NCBI GenBank assembly: GCA_000002445.1
Contig: CH464491.1
Span: 4,064,001 to 4,128,000 of the forward strand
Direction of reading: 5' to 3'
From: Trypanosoma brucei
Taxonomy: Eukaryota
DNA: 64,000 nt
The position numbers and the translations under genes are program-made. Under the pieces are notes generated by a model. The model saw nothing but the letters and a program-made list of their open reading frames with translations. It ran no database searches and was not told the origin of the DNA. Below, piece by piece: positions 1 through 11,036 of this stretch (position 1 is the stretch's first letter; each line of letters opens with the position of its first letter).

Positions 1-1106
1 GCCTACTTACGACCAAGGGGGAAAAAAATAACAAAAATATCAATGGAAAAATGATGCGGCTCAACCATTAACACGACCCAAAAACACAAGTATGAGTAAC
101 AGAGGGAGGGTGAGTGAATATGAAAGAAAACAAACTGTAGAAGCGCCCGTAATGAAAGTAATTGAAAAAAAGAACATAACGGAATACAACCCTCCCCAAT
201 GGGGATGGCTCTCCCCTGCCCCACCATACGCTACATAATAGTGCGATCTATTTTAGCTCCACTGCCGGTCACCCATAAACGACCAACCTTTCCCGCTATT
301 GAGCGGGTGACGTAATGGTTTGACTTGCACGCACGCAGACGAATGCACTTAACTTAATACACGTGCATAACGTCATCCCCCTTCTTACATGGTCAAAACA
401 GGGGGAAAACGCGGTCAAGAGAATAATGCGCGGAGGTGTAGAAGAACATTGCGATCAACTAGGAGTTAAAATAAGTGCAAAGAAATAAATAAAAGTAACC
501 AAACGAACGAAACAAATTCAACTCGTGGCACGCTCGACTGCTGTAAATGCGTTCAGCGCACACCATCTTTTTTCCTCCTCCTCCTCCTCCCTTCCGAACG
601 AACAAACAACTGTGCCATGTTTGTGACTGTCCGTCATTCAATCGCCGGTTTATCATCTCCGGTGCGGCGGTAGTCCACTGCTTTTTCGATGCCGAAACCA
701 CCGACAAACTGTTGCTACTGTGTGGCGCCGTTGAGGCAGCAAAAAAAAAAAGTAGCACAAAACGCGCCGCTGCAAGCCCCCACGACACCCGTGCCGGAAC
801 TTAATTACCCTCTCCCTCTACATATAAGCCCATCAAAAGTTTGCACGTAATGGAGGAGACGCACTTTCCAATGAATAAAAAAATTGTTGTCGCACAAAGA
901 GGGAATGATTTTAAAAAAAGTCTAAGTCACCAAACAGCAGCCCCTAATGGAACGAACAACCTCGAAAGCACGATAAACAAACAAGAGCGGAAAGAAATAG
1001 GGGCTACATCTCCCACAATCAGCCACGGTTTGCGCTGTCAACCCAAACTCATTATATACCCATATACATATACAAAAATATAAACGATAATGAGATCCTT
1101 TTCGTT

Positions 1107-2483
1107 CTAATAGACGTATGGGATCAAGCGATAACGAACTATTCTATGGAATTTGTGCATATCTTCTGCACCATACTTTTCACGCATCTGCTCTTCGTCC
1201 CTCAATTGGCGGTGAATCAAAAGCAGAGCAAAATACACTGGCTGAAAGTATGGCAGTGGTTCCGTAAACCCCGTAAGTGCTGACCATGAAAGGGTCATAA
1301 GCCAATCCCCTACATAATTCGGATGGCGGCACACGCCCCAGTAGCCCGACACAATCAGCGATTTGCCGCTGGACGTATGCATAACCTTCAGCGCCGCATT
1401 CGCTGGATCTTTTGGATTTTGTCGAAAACGACTTTTTTGATTGTTTGAGCCACGAAACACAGCGTAGCCAACAAGCGCCACCGCAGCGCAAATGCCTACG
1501 TGCATGTAGCTCAGCTGCGAGGCATGATAAGCCAGGAACTTTGCTTTCAGTGTATAAGTGAAAGGTACCCACGCCAAATCGCCGAAGCACAGCATAAACC
1601 CAAAACCATCATGCACGATGTCCATCATGGTGAGGTTTCCCTCTTCATAAAGAAGCCCGTCCAACACATAGAAAGACTCTAGCAGGGCAACCACAATAAT
1701 GCTGGGCGAGCATGTACCGACCTCCATCGCTTTTGCCACAAATGCCCAATTCAGGACGCTCCAACCAATGAGACCGGGACGCAGTTCACACATAAACTTC
1801 CAGTCAAGCGAACCCGTACGTGGATTGAGCTCACGGCCAACCCAGAAATCGTATAAGTAGTTTCCAGTGTTTCCTCCGGGGGAAAACGACACCTGAGAAG
1901 AGCGGAAGGAAGCGACGTATAGCACGATGCTCATAAAAACAGAAATGATGATGGCAGCCACCATGAGTGGCATAAACATGTCAGCCAGCCAGGCTAGACG
2001 AATCACATCAGCGTAGTGCATACTACCCAAAATAGCATGTACAAGTGTGAACACATGCAACGCGTTGATATTGTACGTGAGACATGTTCCATCAGAGAGT
2101 TTCACACCCTTCACTTGCTTTCCAACCGGAGTAATGTAAAGAAGTGCATGAAATGCCATCCACAACAACTCGACACCAAGTGCCAGTACCAATCGCGGCA
2201 CTCCCACATCCAATGCCAACAATATCATTGCGGGAAGGTCCCATACATTATGCACACTACACGAATTTTCTGAGCACAAGACATTGAGACCAATAACTGT
2301 GAGCGGCAGAAGCACCACCATCCCAAGTGCTCCCAGAGGGCCTCCCCACTCGTAGGAGCGGTTTTTATTCGTCACTGGTGTTTTAGTTCTGGGAGTGACG
2401 GGACTCTTTTTAGTCCTCCCGGGCGTCCGAGGTGCAGGCGATGCGGAGCGAGATTTTGTACCCTTGCGGCTCCGTGGCGGCAT
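1107..2483 (-). CDS. Sterol reductase, ERG4/ERG24 family (C-14/C-24 sterol reductase), with a basic S/T-P-rich N-terminal extension
   Basis: 458 aa, ATG start. Multi-pass TM protein. The sterol-reductase signature is present as LIVSGYWGVCRHPNYVGDWLM, with the C-terminal HRQLRDEEQMREKYGAEDMHKF motif typical of ERG4/ERG24/LBR. N-terminal ~45 aa reads MPPRSRKGTKSRSASPAPRTPGRTKKSPVTPRTKTPVT. Confidence 0.85.
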   Translation of the reverse strand: MPPRSRKGTKSRSASPAPRTPGRTKKSPVTPRTKTPVTNKNRSYEWGGPLGALGMVVLLPLTVIGLNVLCSENSCSVHNVWDLPAMILLALDVGVPRLVLALGVELLWMAFHALLYITPVGKQVKGVKLSDGTCLTYNINALHVFTLVHAILGSMHYADVIRLAWLADMFMPLMVAAIIISVFMSIVLYVASFRSSQVSFSPGGNTGNYLYDFWVGRELNPRTGSLDWKFMCELRPGLIGWSVLNWAFVAKAMEVGTCSPSIIVVALLESFYVLDGLLYEEGNLTMMDIVHDGFGFMLCFGDLAWVPFTYTLKAKFLAYHASQLSYMHVGICAAVALVGYAVFRGSNNQKSRFRQNPKDPANAALKVMHTSSGKSLIVSGYWGVCRHPNYVGDWLMTLSWSALTGFTEPLPYFQPVYFALLLIHRQLRDEEQMREKYGAEDMHKFHRIVRYRLIPYVY

Positions 2484-2793
2484 TTGATGCTAATCCTTGC
2501 GTTACTTTTTCTGCAACGAATAACAAACAATATGGGGAGAAATGTATTTTTTTTCTTTTAAATGTCCAGTTTGATACTCTGTCAGTGTGTTCCTACGTAG
2601 TACAGTCGTTTTCCTTTTAAATAAACGGGCTCGGTACCTATGACTAAGTCAAAATAGTGGGGTGATTAAGCGGTACGGAATATTACAAACCTTAGCGAGG
2701 AACAAACCCATTCGTGGGATTATACCAGCGCATCCATCACTTTTCCTTCCGTCCTTTTGGGTGGATAAAGCAGACAAGGAGATGCTCCTCTCA

Positions 2794-3273
2794 CTACTCA
2801 TGGGAAACATCGGTGTCCGAAACGACTAACATAAGTCCTACCACCACAAGAAGCGCTCCCGCCAACCACGTGATTGTCACCACTTCATGAAACACAAAAA
2901 AACCGAGGATGGCGCTCACCCCAAAGTTGGCTCCGGTGTTAACAACTTGACAAACGGGTGTAGGTCCGCAAGACAGCGCCCTCACATACCACCTCCACAT
3001 CTGTGCAGTGCAGTAGCCATTCGCCGCCAGTGATACGGCGCGGAGCCCAAGAACCAACGCAGCAGCCAACGAATTACTCCTGGCGTCGATACCTACCAAC
3101 GCAAAAAAAAAACTCACAACTCCAGAAAGAGACGTGGCACTGCCGCTGTTATCGTGCGCAAACGCAAGCTTTCCAACAACTGCCGAGAGGGCACCGAACG
3201 TACCTGCTAGCAGGGAATACAACAAATACTGGCGCCCGCCCACAGTCCCCTCTTTCCTACTCTGCTTTGACAT
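2794..3273 (-). CDS. Small multi-pass membrane protein, EamA/DMT-like (TMEM234-like)
   Basis: 159 aa, ATG start, 4-5 hydrophobic helices. Its size and Gly/Ala-rich helices resemble the small DMT-fold (TMEM234/UPF0546-like) proteins. A polypyrimidine tract lies upstream on the coding strand. Confidence 0.4.
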   Translation of the reverse strand: MSKQSRKEGTVGGRQYLLYSLLAGTFGALSAVVGKLAFAHDNSGSATSLSGVVSFFFALVGIDARSNSLAAALVLGLRAVSLAANGYCTAQMWRWYVRALSCGPTPVCQVVNTGANFGVSAILGFFVFHEVVTITWLAGALLVVVGLMLVVSDTDVSHE

Positions 3274-4622
3274 TTCCTTTATTTCCCCCTCATTTTTTTT
3301 GTTTCCATCTCGGTTTTGTCACAACAACAACAAGAGGTAGAAAAGAGGTGAAGTTATCTCTTTTTTTTAAAAAAAAGACTTGGTTCGCTGTTGGGTACTG
3401 CTACCACCATGCAATTTCAAAGCTTTACGAACCAGTTTTCGGCTAACGCCACCACAACAGATGCATTTAGCAGTGTCGAAGAATATACGTGCACGCGCGC
3501 ATGTGATGGGAGCCTCAATGAACAGCACGGAGGTAAATGAGCCTAATGCAAGTTAACGTGCATCCATCGTAGAAACTGGGTAAAACACAGGCGACAAAAT
3601 AATAATAATAATAATTCAAAAGACAGCCACCGAAGACGACTTATGGAGAGATCAGACGTAAGGACGACATGCAGCCGGCGAGTAGGGAGGAATCCAAGTT
3701 AATATTCTCCCAAACGACGGGATTTTTTCCATATTGCCTTATATATATATATATTTGCGATGCGGATACTCGGTTGACAGTTTCCAGTTTAACAATTCAC
3801 ACACTCACTTACATCACACAAGCTCCTACTCTTCTTTTTTTTTGCTTTCCCCTTCACCCGCCATACGCATAGAGACAACTTCACACAGTTGATTCAAGTG
3901 ATTTCAAAGGTTTCATCACAACACAACCACACACGCACGTAACATTTGTTGCGGTGCATGAGCGAAAGTGACAAAAAAGCATTACCACTGAGAACCCACA
4001 TTAAGTGAGAGGAACTATTTGTATTAAAGAGGAAGGAAGGGACTGGCGAGTGGAAACAAAAAAAGAAAAAAAAAAAGAAGCGCACGACCACTGAATGGAA
4101 GGCAAACACAACCCGGAGTGAATAAATGTTATCATCCCTCGCTCATGGTTTAATAGTCCATTGAGTATTCTCATATGAGAAATTAAAAAAAATGTCCTGT
4201 TAGAAGTAAAAGAATCTCGTTCAACCACGCCCACAGAGGCATGGGTCCATCAAAATTACGCCTGAACCTAAAGATCTACCGTCCTTTCCCATTGCCCATG
4301 TACATACTGGCTATAGAACCTGTAATACCTTCCACACGAATTCAGGAAAGGAGGAGGGGGGGGGAAAGAAAAAAGTAAAAAAAAAAAGACAGCAGCGATA
4401 TGTGGAGCGGGATTTCGAGGACTTCCACCTTTTTAAAGACCCGCTCAAATTATGTATTTGTGTTTACGTTGGTTGATGAAGAGCGTACTAATCCTCCATC
4501 TATTTGTCATTGGAGTCCCCAAGAGGGATAAGGCGATGGAACATTTTCAGAGTGAGTAAAACAGTCACCACAGCGCCAGTGGTTGCGACACCGATGCGAT
4601 AAAGTGTCTAACATAATCAAGC

Positions 4623-4669
4623 ATATTTAATATATAACTCGGGCAGTGACCGAGTTATATATTAAATAT
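4623..4669. repeat. Perfect 20-bp inverted repeat with 7-nt spacer (hairpin-forming) in the intergenic/UTR region
   Basis: atatttaatatataactcgg + gcagtga + ccgagttatatattaaatat. The arms are exact reverse complements (4623-4642 and 4650-4669). Confidence 0.9.
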
Positions 4670-5592
4670 AGTACAGAAAGTAGACGCCAACAACATATAA
4701 GATTTGTTACACAGTGTTCCTATGAGTGCAAAATAGTGAGAAAAAAAAACGGAAGGACAGTAACGCTGAAAACAACAAGACAGATGTATTAACAAGTGAT
4801 CCAGTTGGGCAAATGTGTCAGCCGCTTGAAAATGGCCGCTTGCAAACAATTCTTGGAAACAATTAGTCGGTTCCCCTTAGGGACGCACGAAACATTGTCC
4901 CCTTCCCTCCTCCCCCCTCCTGGAGCCGCAACCACATAATAGTAGCGGTTAGACAACACCGCAACTACAGAGGAGAAGGCAAGAAAAAGAAAAAAAAAGA
5001 GGGAAATGACCGCTGTAAACAGCAACGCTACTTTTAAGTAATGATAGCTTGGAAAGGAAATACAGTAAACAACTTTCTCTCCACTTGCGAACGGATCACT
5101 TCTCCCTAAAAGCAGCTGCTTCCGTTAAGTAAATATGTTTTAGAACATGATGATGTGTAGCATCTGACACAAGAAGATGTACTATATTTCAAAAAAATAA
5201 AATAAAATAAATAAAATAAGGAAAAGTAATAAGTGCTTCTTGTGCTCGCAGTATGCAAACTAACGTGATGAGAGTGATTGTACTTTCCTAAGAAACAAGA
5301 AAGAGGGGATGCCCCATGGTAATCGATCCCCCAGTACCTTTTTGTTTTCTTCACTGTATTCCTTGCATCCGCATTTGTTGCACTGATTTCAACCTGCATC
5401 TGTTATTCTTTTTGTCGTTATAAAAATATGATCCCTTCGCCTTTTCGCTAATGCGTCGCTGACGATTACTGCTTACATTTTGTGGCCTGCTGAGCATCGT
5501 CCGTTGCAATGGTCCACTATCCTCACATTCCCATTCTCTTACCTCCTTTATATATATATATATATATTTTTTCGGTTGTACTTATTTTCGCG

Positions 5593-6519
5593 TTAGAAAC
5601 GATAGACGTGATCTTTTGTATAACCCATATCTCCCAAGATGCCACCGACGTCAGGGGCGTTGTTAAGTACTGTTCCCGTTGGTTGGTACGCAAGACCACC
5701 GCTCATTGCCTTGAGCACATTGGGCGAAGAGCCAACCACCTTCGTCATCATTGGGTCCGGGCCACAAACTAACACGAGGTTATTATCCGCTGGTTCAGGC
5801 ATAGTTTCTTTTATCATCTGCGGCGTGATGTATCCAATATAACCATTATAGTCACTTTGCGGATTCTCCAACATATCCACGGTGTAATGAACACTAAGGC
5901 GGTCAGCATGTTTTTTTGCCGTGCCGTCTAGCATTCCTTTGAGGAGGATTTTGTTCTCGGACCTGTTGGCAAATAGAAGTGAAAGTTTGGTCTTGTCGCC
6001 AGGGGTGTCGAGCGAAGCGTTCATGAATTGTAGGAGCGGACATATTCCAGTGCCACCACCAATCAGTCCCACCTCAGCCCATCGGTTCTTCTTGTATTGC
6101 AACTTGTATTGAACAACCCGAAAGAGAAGCGTGTCTCCAACATTCATGGAGAACAGATGTTCCGTGAAGCGACCACGGGGTTGTTTCTTAACGAGAAGGT
6201 CAAAGTAACCCATTGTTCCATTGGGGGTTATGGGCGTGTATGACCGCATCGGCTGGTCCACAATGTTGGCACCCTCCTTAAGACAGGCTTGTAGAGTACT
6301 GCATGGTACAAGATCAAAAGTGTCATCGACACGAGGCAGAAGGAAGCGGAAGATGGCGACATCTTCGGCTAAGTTGATAACCTCACCCAATGCAAGTGGT
6401 TTGAACTTTGTGTCAAGCACGGCGTTTGTGCGACACTCAGCTGTATGTTGCTGCGAAGATACACGTGCTTTAAAAGCCGCACCAAGAATGGAGGCAGCAG
6501 TAAAAGTAAGGAATTTCAT
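5593..6519 (-). CDS. NADH-cytochrome b5 reductase (FAD/NAD-binding ferredoxin-reductase-type oxidoreductase) with N-terminal signal/anchor
   Basis: 308 aa, ATG start. FAD-binding RSYTPIT motif, NAD-binding GGTGICP motif, hydrophobic N-terminus MKFLTFTAASILGAAF. Confidence 0.85.
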   Translation of the reverse strand: MKFLTFTAASILGAAFKARVSSQQHTAECRTNAVLDTKFKPLALGEVINLAEDVAIFRFLLPRVDDTFDLVPCSTLQACLKEGANIVDQPMRSYTPITPNGTMGYFDLLVKKQPRGRFTEHLFSMNVGDTLLFRVVQYKLQYKKNRWAEVGLIGGGTGICPLLQFMNASLDTPGDKTKLSLLFANRSENKILLKGMLDGTAKKHADRLSVHYTVDMLENPQSDYNGYIGYITPQMIKETMPEPADNNLVLVCGPDPMMTKVVGSSPNVLKAMSGGLAYQPTGTVLNNAPDVGGILGDMGYTKDHVYRF

Positions 6520-6600
6520 AATCAGAGTACAGTAGTTTAAAATAATATCAATAACTATTACCTATGTTCCTTCGTTTACACTAACCTCACCACAATTTAC

Positions 6601-6630
6601 GAAAACAAGACAGGAGGAAAAAGAAAAACA
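6601..6630 (-). promoter_or_regulatory. Polypyrimidine tract on the coding strand; putative trans-splice acceptor region for the cytb5-reductase gene
   Basis: Plus strand caggaggaaaaagaaaaaca gives a U/C-rich tract on the minus strand, ~80-110 nt upstream of the ATG at 6519. Typical kinetoplastid arrangement. Confidence 0.35.
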
Positions 6631-7178
6631 ATGTCAAATGCAGCTTTTCGGATTGGTGTGCAGCATCAAGAAAATTTAGCAACTGCTAGTAGCATCACGA
6701 AACTCTAGGTTTAGCGGATAGAAGGGGCTGTGTAAAGAAAGATATCCCACGCCCACGGAGCGCTGCCGAAAAGCCAATATCTGGCAATACCAACTTAACA
6801 ACGCGTTCTCCACGACGTTCCCCTCTTCCCCCCACTCCTTCCCGTTGGTCCCATTAAATGATGATCGGTTCACCCTTGTGATGCTCTTCCTCTCCTCTTC
6901 CCGCTTGACGGACCTGCAAAGGTAGAATACAACACGCACATATGAAAATAAATTCCCGTCTCCTGATACCACAAGCACTGATCGCGTTTCGAAGGAGGAA
7001 CTAAGTGTCCCACTACCGGAGACACTTAAAACGGAACCAGAAGACGACCTTTAGTTTTCCTGCCGAACGGGGATGGTGCTGGAAAAAAAAACAGGAGTAA
7101 GAGTGGGCGCAGAAGAAAGGAATGTGCAAATGCATACTTACCTGCGCCCCTTACTTTTCACCTATCTTGCCAATCGAA

Positions 7179-8798
7179 CTAAGCGATCGTTGACTTCCCT
7201 AGCAACAAATCAACCTCTCGCTCCAACTCGGATGCCTGAGCTGCGCACACTTCCATCGCACTCAACTGACAGTCGATGAGGCCGACAAACTTGGCCAGAT
7301 CATCCGACTGGCGAAGGTGCCGTACAGAACCATTGTGTTGCCTGACACATTGCTGCAGTCGAAGTTTTAAAGTTTCTACTTCATCAAAAAGGTTAATTAC
7401 AGCCGTGTAAGTTTCCTCACGTGCCTCGTCCACACTGTTGAATGTTGGTCGTACCTGCGCGAAGATAGGCTGAACGGCATCTTCAAAGCGCTGCAACATT
7501 GTTCCGATTGCAGCCTGTTTGTTCTTGAGCTCTATGAGTGTTTGTCGTGTGACGTCGGCATTGGCAATAGCCTCTTCAAGGTGGGACGAGTGTGAAAGAA
7601 TCTCATTCCCACGCTCGATTATCTGCCGGTCACGGAGCATCATGAGCTGTGACAATTCCGAAAAGTCACGGTAATCTTTAGAGAAAGCTTTATCAAACTG
7701 CGCCAGTATGGTTGAAAGCATCTTCCCCCTGAGCTCTAACGAAGCTTGCTTACCTGAAATTGCAGTGGGGTCGCCCGCTCCTACTGTTCCAGTAGCTCCA
7801 GCGCTTTGATTTCCTCCAGTGACACCAGCGCCTAGGGAGGGACCCAACCCTGCTCCTCCCGCGCCGGCCGTTGCTGGCGGGGCGTTGCCACCCGTTTCAG
7901 ATGGTTTTGTGATGGAGCTAAAGGGACCGCCTCCAGTGGTGGCCGCACCAGCAGTAGCATTAGTTGAGGCAGGGTTAGTTGGTGCGGTAGCGCCGGCCCC
8001 AAACCCAGCGAAAGGCGTAGGCGCTGCACTCGGGTTGCTTCCAGAAGCTGGTGGTGTAGCACCGAAACCGCCAAATGCAGCTGGTGCACCGGCTTTGACT
8101 GTGTCACCTGAGGGGGGGTTTGTAACCATGGTCGTTGCCGCTGGAACCGCAGTAGCGGTGCCCGCTGTTGGATTTGTTCCGGTGTTTCCAGGATTGGATG
8201 CACTCCCGTCAAAGGTGGTGTTTGCCGGGGTCGCCCCACTTGCCGGTGTTTGTCCAACCGCACTGGTTGCGGCGCCAAACCCACCTGTGCTAGGTGCAGT
8301 TGCGGTAGTCCCTGTAGTTGAAGTTTGGCCGAATCCGGCACCAAAAGGATTAAGGGTTGTCTTTGCACCACTGCCGAAGCCACTGAACCCTGAGGTGGGA
8401 GCAGCGGACGTGCTAGGCGCCGCTGCAGCGCCGACCCCTGTTGGCACAACAGAGTTGCCACCTTCGCCCTTACCCGGAGTCGCTCCAAAACCGAGGACGG
8501 TTTGCCCAAGTACAGGTGCCGGCTGTGTGGCACTGCTTGTTGATTGCGCTCCGACGGCAAATCCTCCTGTGGAGGGACCACTCCCGAAACCGCCCATCCC
8601 TGCTGCCGGAGCTGAGCCTCCGGACTGGTTCGCGGTTTGGCCGAAAGGGTTTGTTACTCCTGCTACGGACTCGGTGTTACTCTGTCCAAAGGATCCGAAA
8701 CCTAGCACGGGGGCAGCAGCAGTAGCGTTTGTGTCAACTGCCGGCTGTCCAAATCCCCCACCAGATGGCGCTCTTCCTCGCACAGCAAAGCCCTTCAT
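7179..8798 (-). CDS. FG-repeat nucleoporin, Nup62/Nsp1-like (N-terminal FG/GFG repeats plus C-terminal coiled coil)
   Basis: 539 aa, ATG start. N-terminal ~370 aa are Gly/Ala/Thr/Pro-rich with many GFG, FGQ and PFG repeats. The C-terminal ~170 aa is a heptad-rich coiled coil (…LELRGKMLSTILAQFDKAF…LKLRLQQC…) as in the Nsp1/Nup62 C-terminal domain. Confidence 0.7.
   Translation of the reverse strand: MKGFAVRGRAPSGGGFGQPAVDTNATAAAPVLGFGSFGQSNTESVAGVTNPFGQTANQSGGSAPAAGMGGFGSGPSTGGFAVGAQSTSSATQPAPVLGQTVLGFGATPGKGEGGNSVVPTGVGAAAAPSTSAAPTSGFSGFGSGAKTTLNPFGAGFGQTSTTGTTATAPSTGGFGAATSAVGQTPASGATPANTTFDGSASNPGNTGTNPTAGTATAVPAATTMVTNPPSGDTVKAGAPAAFGGFGATPPASGSNPSAAPTPFAGFGAGATAPTNPASTNATAGAATTGGGPFSSITKPSETGGNAPPATAGAGGAGLGPSLGAGVTGGNQSAGATGTVGAGDPTAISGKQASLELRGKMLSTILAQFDKAFSKDYRDFSELSQLMMLRDRQIIERGNEILSHSSHLEEAIANADVTRQTLIELKNKQAAIGTMLQRFEDAVQPIFAQVRPTFNSVDEAREETYTAVINLFDEVETLKLRLQQCVRQHNGSVRHLRQSDDLAKFVGLIDCQLSAMEVCAAQASELEREVDLLLGKSTIA
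7800..8760. repeat. GC-rich low-complexity coding repeat (FG-repeat domain); source of spurious overlapping ORFs
   Basis: The biased GCN/GGN codon composition keeps all frames open. ORFs 7819..8817(+) and 7832..8581(-) translate to Pro/Ala/Gly/Leu low-complexity strings. Confidence 0.7.
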
Positions 8799-9134
8799 TC
8801 CGTTCTTTTCTTATTAATTGCCTTTCCCTCTTCAACTTTACTTCCTGGCACCCCTCTTTATAGTGTGGTATTCGTTCTGTAAATGCGGGCCCTAACGAAC
8901 CTAATCTAACCTTTAGGAGAATCGGACCAAATATCTCGTTAGAGAAAACCGTGTCAATGAGAGACGTGGGACAACAACGAAAATCGGAAAAAATATTTCG
9001 GGTTTAATGGTACGTGAATGTTCTTTTCCTATGGTCCAAAATGTACAATTTTTACTCTTGCTTCCACAGAATGTTAGAAAATAGCCAGGAACCCTTGTGC
9101 GAGAATGTCAGTGGCGGCCGTTCCACGAAACCAC

Positions 9135-11036
9135 TCACCTTCGCACCCCATAGTGGATCATGTAAGCAAATATAGCTTGTGCCCGCTCGGCCATCCCGTG
9201 TGAAAAGCACTTCTTCACCGCAGATTGAAAGGCAACCTCTGATATTGGGACGTGCAAATCACACATACGTGAAAAAAGTCGCACAGACACCTCCCAAGAT
9301 GCGCCAGGTGGTGGGGCCCGTTCCAACGCATACTGAACTGCGTCGTGCACTTTAGCCGATGGCAAGTAAAAATATCTGCGAACCGGATCATCCAAAAGTT
9401 TATCCAAGAACCAAAGGGCCTGTCTCCACTCTCCCTCTCTGGAAGATTGTAACAGTAAGTGTTCGTATGACTCGTTCTCCACCTTAATCCCCTTGGCTTT
9501 CATTACACGAGTCCACGAAAGTGACTCTCCGGCGGTGTTGGTGCTTCTTAGCATGACATTGAAGGCTCTTCCTGTGGCGTCCGCACCGAAGTGTTTGGAC
9601 AACTGCTTCTGACAAAGAAGCCTTGATGCCAAAGACCCCTTCTGACACTTATTCAACATACGAAACAGATCGAGGAAGATGTCAACAGCAATATGGTCTT
9701 GTGGAACGACAAGGTCCTCAGGCTTACTGTACACTAGGTACTGCTGCAATGTGCGCAAAGCCTCTACCCAACGATTACCACGGATGCATGCCTGCAACAA
9801 CTTTTGCGTTGCGTCGCGGTCGTCAGCAAGCAGCAGGTCACCTTGTTGAACCATTAGTGACGCGTAGTAAAGAGCCAGATACCACTGTTGTCGCAGTATC
9901 CGACACATATGGTAAACAGAAACCATATTCGGGGAAACAACCTTGTTGCGAGAGACGGAACCAAATCCATCTCCCTTATCTTTGCTTCCACCCTCAGGGT
10001 TTCTTCCACCCACCATGAAGCATTCAACTACCCGGCATGCCATCTGCCAGTTTTCTCTACACATGGTAAGAACCGCTAGAGCATCGTTAATTGGAGACGA
10101 TGTGGTTATATGCACGTCCGCTGTGTGCGCGAGGCCCAGCACACGGATTGCAAGACTCCACCACGACGGAGCTGAGGAGCCCAAGATTGAGTCCTCTGCC
10201 CTCCTTTTCTGCTTTCGCTCTTCTGTTGTACCCTGAGTAAGGCGCCCTTGTGAAGCACGGTAGATGCTGCGAAGGGCAGCTGCTACCTCTACCTCTGTCC
10301 ACGCAACAGGGGAAATTTCACCAAAGCACCGCAGCACCATCTCCCAGCGACCCGCGCTACTGAACAGCTCCATCGCAGCCCCCAACACTTTAGGGCTTAC
10401 CGTAACGTCAGACAACATCCGAATCGCCTCTTCCCACCGACCCTCTCGCGACAATTTCCTCGCGCAACTCACCGCAACACTGTCGCTAAGCATAAACTCA
10501 ACCTTCTCCGGCAGCCGTACGAAATCATCCACATTATTCTGATGGATATGCCGTACAATTGGCGCCATTTCCGGGTGGTAAATCAAGCGCGTTACCTCAG
10601 CACCCGCTTCGTCACTTTCTACAGAGAATAAAAGGGCTGTTTTAGCAAGTCGCCGCAAGGGCAGACAAGTGCAGTCGGTTGTGGTAATGGCAGACTTCTC
10701 TGCAACCACTTCGGTCGACACCTCCGATACCACGTTGTCCTCCTTTTCGCATCCTTGTGGAAAGAGTTTTTTTGGTTGATAACTCATGGGGAGTTTCTGG
10801 ATGTGGTCCTGCTTCTGTTGATGCATTTGATGCAGCTGGGCGTAGATATACCTGACAAGTGAAGGCATGTCATCACCACGTGCCAAACGAGACAGAAAGA
10901 AAGCGAACAACTTCGAGGCACATGACCGAGACTTCTCTCCACACACCGAGTGAGAGTCCGCAGAGGAGGAGGAGAGCGAAGGGAAGATGGAACTCGAGCA
11001 AGCACCATGGGACCCTTTACCGCCTTCGCTGCTCAT
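9135..11036 (-). CDS. Hypothetical protein with PPR-like helical repeats (possible organellar RNA-binding protein)
   Basis: 633 aa, ATG start. Contains degenerate ~35-aa helical repeats, e.g. WEEAIRMLSDVTVSPKVLGAAMELFSSAGRWEMVLRCF, GNRWVEALRTLQQYL and GEWRQALWFLDKLL. No catalytic motif. Confidence 0.35.
   Translation of the reverse strand: MSSEGGKGSHGACSSSIFPSLSSSSADSHSVCGEKSRSCASKLFAFFLSRLARGDDMPSLVRYIYAQLHQMHQQKQDHIQKLPMSYQPKKLFPQGCEKEDNVVSEVSTEVVAEKSAITTTDCTCLPLRRLAKTALLFSVESDEAGAEVTRLIYHPEMAPIVRHIHQNNVDDFVRLPEKVEFMLSDSVAVSCARKLSREGRWEEAIRMLSDVTVSPKVLGAAMELFSSAGRWEMVLRCFGEISPVAWTEVEVAAALRSIYRASQGRLTQGTTEERKQKRRAEDSILGSSAPSWWSLAIRVLGLAHTADVHITTSSPINDALAVLTMCRENWQMACRVVECFMVGGRNPEGGSKDKGDGFGSVSRNKVVSPNMVSVYHMCRILRQQWYLALYYASLMVQQGDLLLADDRDATQKLLQACIRGNRWVEALRTLQQYLVYSKPEDLVVPQDHIAVDIFLDLFRMLNKCQKGSLASRLLCQKQLSKHFGADATGRAFNVMLRSTNTAGESLSWTRVMKAKGIKVENESYEHLLLQSSREGEWRQALWFLDKLLDDPVRRYFYLPSAKVHDAVQYALERAPPPGASWEVSVRLFSRMCDLHVPISEVAFQSAVKKCFSHGMAERAQAIFAYMIHYGVRR

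Noticed and set aside
1180-1590. 136-aa minus-strand ORF in an alternate frame inside the sterol reductase CDS
   Set aside because: It is fully embedded in a well-supported conserved CDS and has no motifs of its own.
7819-8817. Long ORFs on the plus strand (332 aa) and in an alternate minus frame (7832..8581, 249 aa) overlapping the nucleoporin gene
   Set aside because: Their translations are pure Pro/Ala/Gly/Leu/Val or Leu/Gln/Arg low complexity. They arise from the GC-rich codon-biased FG-repeat region keeping all frames open. Only the frame giving FG repeats plus a coiled coil has recognisable protein features.
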